From Gammaproteobacteria bacterium (GTDB taxonomy: Bacteria; Pseudomonadota; Gammaproteobacteria; GCA-002705445; GCA-002716945), in assembly GCA_016779485.1 (NCBI GenBank), contig JADHNN010000001.1, forward strand, positions 90,931 through 154,930: DNA of 64,000 nucleotides, read 5' to 3'. Below are positions 60,299 to 64,000 of this stretch, piece after piece. Under the pieces are notes generated by a model. It did not search any database and had not been told where the DNA came from. It saw only the letters and a program-made list of their open reading frames with translations. Both the position numbers and the translations under genes were made by a program. Positions within the stretch are counted from its first letter, which is position 1; every line of letters starts with the position of its first letter.

Positions 60299-61369
60299 AT
60301 TATCAAATCCAGTTGCATTTCTAATAATAGTTGGTTTAAGAAATATAGATCTATCAAAAATATTTAAGAATATTCTTCTAAAGAAATCTGGAAGTAAATT
60401 AAATGAATGAAATTTGATAATTGTATTAAGTATGTGATGTAGGCTAGAGTTTCTAAAAATACGCTTAATTACATATTCACGACTAATTACATTAAATTCT
60501 AAATTTTTAGATATCAGTCTAGAAAGTACATCAATATCTTCTATACCCATATTTAAACCAAGACCTGCAAGAGGATGAAATTTATGTGCAGACTCTCCTA
60601 CAAGGATATTGTTTTGATAGCAATAACAATCCGAGTGCCTTGATGACAATGGAAAGGATTGGCCTATAGAAAGCTCTTCTATTTCACCCAATATCAACTG
60701 TGCTCTTTTGTGTATAAGCTTCAAATATTCATCGGGATTAGTCGATGATAATTGATCAAATAACTTATCTGGAATAGTCCAAATTAAGTTATAGGTTTTA
60801 TTACTAGTTGGCAGGAAACCCAAGATCTCATCTTTATAAAAAATTTGACGAGGAATATTTTTATTATCTTTGCTATGAGTAATGTTGATGTTAATCGCTG
60901 TTTGATTATAACTCTCGGACACAAAGTGTTTTGACTTAATTTCTGAATCAACATCAGAATAGTCTGAAATAATATTAATATCGCTTGAGGTACTATGCAT
61001 ACGTTGATCTTTAATATAATTTATGCTTTTACTCTCTAGTAATGTCTCGGTAACTGCTTTTGATAATTCATCTTCACTTACTATATATCCGAGATAGTCA
61101 ATATCGATATCATTGTCATTAAAAGAAATTGTATGATGTTCATTTAGATAAATCTCAATCTTTTTATAAGGTGTTATTTTAAGGGGAGATAATTTATCCC
61201 ATACATTTATATTTTCAAGAAAAAACTTACTAAAATAATTAAGTGAATAGTATCTACTATGAGTTTTAAGCTCATTGTTTTGCATATTAATATTACAATC
61301 TGAGTATTTATTTAGGCTGATAGCAGTAATATTAGATAGAAGGCTATTACTTAGTATATTTATTATCAT
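60287..61369 (-). CDS. UbiI/VisC-like FAD monooxygenase homologue (degenerate)
   Basis: LGYIV, YNQTA, RQIF, VGESAHKFHPLAGLGLNMG; pepP-ubiH-ubiI synteny; GxGxxG missing. Confidence 0.72.
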   Translation of the reverse strand: MIINILSNSLLSNITAISLNKYSDCNINMQNNELKTHSRYYSLNYFSKFFLENINVWDKLSPLKITPYKKIEIYLNEHHTISFNDNDIDIDYLGYIVSEDELSKAVTETLLESKSINYIKDQRMHSTSSDINIISDYSDVDSEIKSKHFVSESYNQTAININITHSKDNKNIPRQIFYKDEILGFLPTSNKTYNLIWTIPDKLFDQLSSTNPDEYLKLIHKRAQLILGEIEELSIGQSFPLSSRHSDCYCYQNNILVGESAHKFHPLAGLGLNMGIEDIDVLSRLISKNLEFNVISREYVIKRIFRNSSLHHILNTIIKFHSFNLLPDFFRRIFLNIFDRSIFLKPTIIRNATGFDNLIK

Positions 61370-61378
61370 TTTATATTT

Positions 61379-62514
61379 TTAAATATTTAGTATTCTTTTT
61401 ATAAATCTTTTTTTAATTCTTGAGGAGTTATTAATAAAGCCTCCTAAAAATGTTGAAGAGACATTTCCAAGAAATGAATCTCTCATTAATAACGATGACG
61501 TAATATCAATGCCTAAGAATAAGCTATGCCTTTTCTTTATAATTTCAGTCTTCACATGATTATTGAATTCATCTCCTGAAAGTAGTTCAGTTTTGACAGA
61601 GTCAATTTTTTTTATACAATCAACTGAAAAATTGAAACCCTGCGCTCCAAAAGGATGAAGAAGTTGAGAAGAGTTACCTAAAAAAATTATATTTTTAATA
61701 TACCACTTATCTAGCCTTGACGTATCAAGCGGGTGACTGTAGATGAGTTTAGTGTTATGTAAATCTTTAACATATGGCAATAAGTCTTTTTGAAGAAGTG
61801 ACTCGTTAAAATTAGTAGATTCGAAATTATAACTATTAATATATTTATTATTAATTGTAGCTACAATGGATTTTACTTTTTTATGTCCTGGCAAAACAGC
61901 AAATACTCCTTTTTTAGAAAATATTTGCACTGCTGAATTTTCACACGTATCATAATTACAGTTAAGAACAAATGATGTTTGATTGTATGATATCTTCTTG
62001 GCATGAATATTAAATTGTTCAATAAATTTAGAATTTGCACCATCAGTAATAAATAGTTGTTTATATTTAATTGACGATTTGTCGTTCAAAATAATCTTAG
62101 AATTATTGCTATCTAGTTCAACATCTATATTATCAATAATTTCTATATTTTTATTATTTATACATAAAGCTCTCAGATGCGATAACAGTGCGGCTTTATC
62201 AACAACTTGGCCCAATTCAGGAATTTCTAATTCGTCTGAAGAGATTTTAATCGTATTAAAACTATTGAAGAGTTTAATATCTAGATTATATATTGGTGTA
62301 TTTTTTAGATTTTCAGGATTCCAAATTTTTTTGTTTTAAGATAGTCGACTGTATTAGCTGTCAGAGATAAAGGTGAGAAATTTTCTGAAAGAATTTTATT
62401 GAATTTTTTCTTTTCAATTAAAACAACTTTATTATCTTTATCAGCCATTGATAGACCAATCAGACAGCCAACAAGACCACCTCCAATGATTGCGGTATCT
62501 TTACTTGCCGCCAT
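61379..62514 (-). pseudogene. ubiH: UbiH-like FAD monooxygenase interrupted by a 1-nt frameshift (error, slippage or pseudogene)
   Basis: 5' part has IIGGGLVG; the 3' frame is open from 62335 to 61379 (DGANS, YNQT, GN..QLLHPFGAQGFN); one extra A in the A7 run at 62326-62332 restores a 378-aa ORF. Confidence 0.75.
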
Positions 62515-63799
62515 GAGCCATTAAAGATTCTATATCTTTTATTGATTTTGGGACATTTCTTGATAAGACAACAGGTTCACCGTTTGTTATTAAAACATCA
62601 TCTTCAATTCTAACTGCTATGTTATGGTAATTTTTATTAATACTTTGGTTGTTAGATATATAAATCCCAGGCTCTACAGTAAAAACCATGCCCGCTTTGA
62701 ACCTTACAGGTTTATTATTCAATATATAGGGACATGGGTCATGGACATCAAGACCAAGCCAGTGGCCTGTATTGTGCATATAAAATTTTTTATATTTTTG
62801 ATTTTTTATATTATTTTCTATTGTACCTGTTAGTAACTTTGCTTCTAAAAGACCCTTAACGATAACCCTTACAGCTATATCATGAATTTTTAGAAGTGTC
62901 TTACCTACTCTGCATGATTTAATAGCAGTCTCTTGAGCGTTCAATACGATATTGTAAATTGTCTTCTGATAGTCATTAAATTTCCCTGATATAGGTATGG
63001 TTCTTGTTATATCAGATGCATAATTATTGTATTCAGCTGCAGCATCGACAAGGAGTAAATTATTATTTTTAAGTAATGAATTATTTTTTGTGTAGTGTAA
63101 TACAGTGCCATTTTTTCCTGCTGCAACTATAGCAGGATATGCTTGCTCACACCTATTGTTCATACAAAATCTAATGAAATCAGATTCAATTTCATACTCT
63201 TTCAAACCGGCTTTACATGTTTTCATAAGATTAATATGTGCTTGGGTTGATATTAAAGCAGCTTTGCTAATCTCTTGAATCTCATGTTTAGATTTAATGA
63301 GTCTAAGTTTGAATATTAAGTTTGATAAATTAAACCTTGAGGATAGATAATTGGTATTTACAAAATATCTATTGCTTGATGTCTGATGAATACTTGAAAG
63401 CAGTTCCTCTAAACGCTCCTTGTCTTTAAATTCAAAATATAAATTATTTATGCAGTTAATGTTAAGCTTATCCAGCTGATCGAAATATATTACTTTATCT
63501 AGTTTATATTTAGATTTATAAGAAGTTTTTGAAGGTATTTGCCCAGTCCATATGCGATCCTTATCATTAGGGCGGTTACAAATTAACACTGAGCAACACT
63601 TATTATTTTCTTTGATTAGTATTAGGACGATCGATTGGTCGTTTATTCCGGTGAGATAAAAAAAGTTGCTAGACTGTCTAAATTTAAAGGTAACATCATT
63701 ATTCCTGTATTTATCATTCTCTGAAAAAATCACTGATATTGAGTTATCACTTAATTGAGTAAACAGTTTTTTTCTTCTTTTAACAAATTCATTAATCAT
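62501..63799 (-). CDS. pepP: Xaa-Pro aminopeptidase P
   Basis: FRQSSNFFYLTG, LVDAA, YASDITRT, HNTGHWLGLDVHD, TVEPGIY, RIEDD; start 63799 or 63814. Confidence 0.95.
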   Translation of the reverse strand: MINEFVKRRKKLFTQLSDNSISVIFSENDKYRNNDVTFKFRQSSNFFYLTGINDQSIVLILIKENNKCCSVLICNRPNDKDRIWTGQIPSKTSYKSKYKLDKVIYFDQLDKLNINCINNLYFEFKDKERLEELLSSIHQTSSNRYFVNTNYLSSRFNLSNLIFKLRLIKSKHEIQEISKAALISTQAHINLMKTCKAGLKEYEIESDFIRFCMNNRCEQAYPAIVAAGKNGTVLHYTKNNSLLKNNNLLLVDAAAEYNNYASDITRTIPISGKFNDYQKTIYNIVLNAQETAIKSCRVGKTLLKIHDIAVRVIVKGLLEAKLLTGTIENNIKNQKYKKFYMHNTGHWLGLDVHDPCPYILNNKPVRFKAGMVFTVEPGIYISNNQSINKNYHNIAVRIEDDVLITNGEPVVLSRNVPKSIKDIESLMAHGGK

Positions 63800-64000
63800 T
63801 TGTACGCCTTTCATATAAGTATAATGTTGATTTTACAATGAAACTATTTATTTCATCTAAACTCTCTTGAGAAGAGCTTTTAGATCCATCAAATTTATAT
63901 TTCTGGTTCACCTGGCTTATCTCGTCAAAAATATCAAGTATCTCTTGTACATCGGGATTATCAGATAAAGAAGATTCACCTTGATAACCAATTAAGAAAT
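63792..64000 (-). CDS. UPF0149 (YgfB-like) protein, C-terminal fragment
   Basis: Own translation FLIGYQGESSLSDNPDVQEILDIFDEISQV...LDEINSFIVKSTLYLYERRTND*; occupies the ygfB position upstream of pepP. Confidence 0.6.
   Translation of the reverse strand, partial: FLIGYQGESSLSDNPDVQEILDIFDEISQVNQKYKFDGSKSSSQESLDEINSFIVKSTLYLYERRTND

Noticed and set aside
1-64000. CRISPR arrays, IS elements, prophage, rRNA, riboswitches
   Set aside because: No spaced repeats or mobile-element genes were seen, and intergenic gaps are mostly too short; a covariance-model search was not possible, so small ncRNAs are not excluded.

Overview
A gene-dense, very AT-rich (roughly 28-30% GC by eye) core-chromosome segment. 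It most likely comes from a streamlined, probably marine gammaproteobacterium, because the synteny is Pseudomonas-like (gshB-ruvX-pyrB, yggS-proC-yggT-metXW, priA-argS, polA, uvrD, ubiEJB, gmk-rpoZ-spoT, lgt-thyA-folA, ygfB-pepP-ubiH-ubiI). It holds about 68 CDS, mostly abutting or overlapping, and two tRNAs (Phe-GAA, Arg-CCG), neither with an encoded CCA. I found no CRISPR array, integrase, transposase or prophage. The most notable signals are: (1) an oriC-like DnaA-box cluster with an IHF-like site in the largest intergenic gap, between an HNH nuclease-hemH unit and priA, with no dnaA in view; (2) an sgaA-hydroxypyruvate reductase-glycerate kinase operon, read alongside PPi-PFK, folD, a standalone 2Fe-2S ferredoxin and a rubredoxin; (3) ubiH split by a frameshift at an A7 run, next to a ubiI-like gene with eroded FAD motifs; (4) an intact sigma54 + NtrC promoter for torF-glnK-amtB; (5) several accessory or orphan genes (TPR-2OG oxygenase behind tRNA-Phe, HAD hydrolase, ETSH-type speD, an orphan multi-TM protein); and (6) candidate leaderless promoters. 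All family assignments come from motif recognition and synteny, not database searches, and I cannot confirm a novel multi-gene system from the sequence alone.
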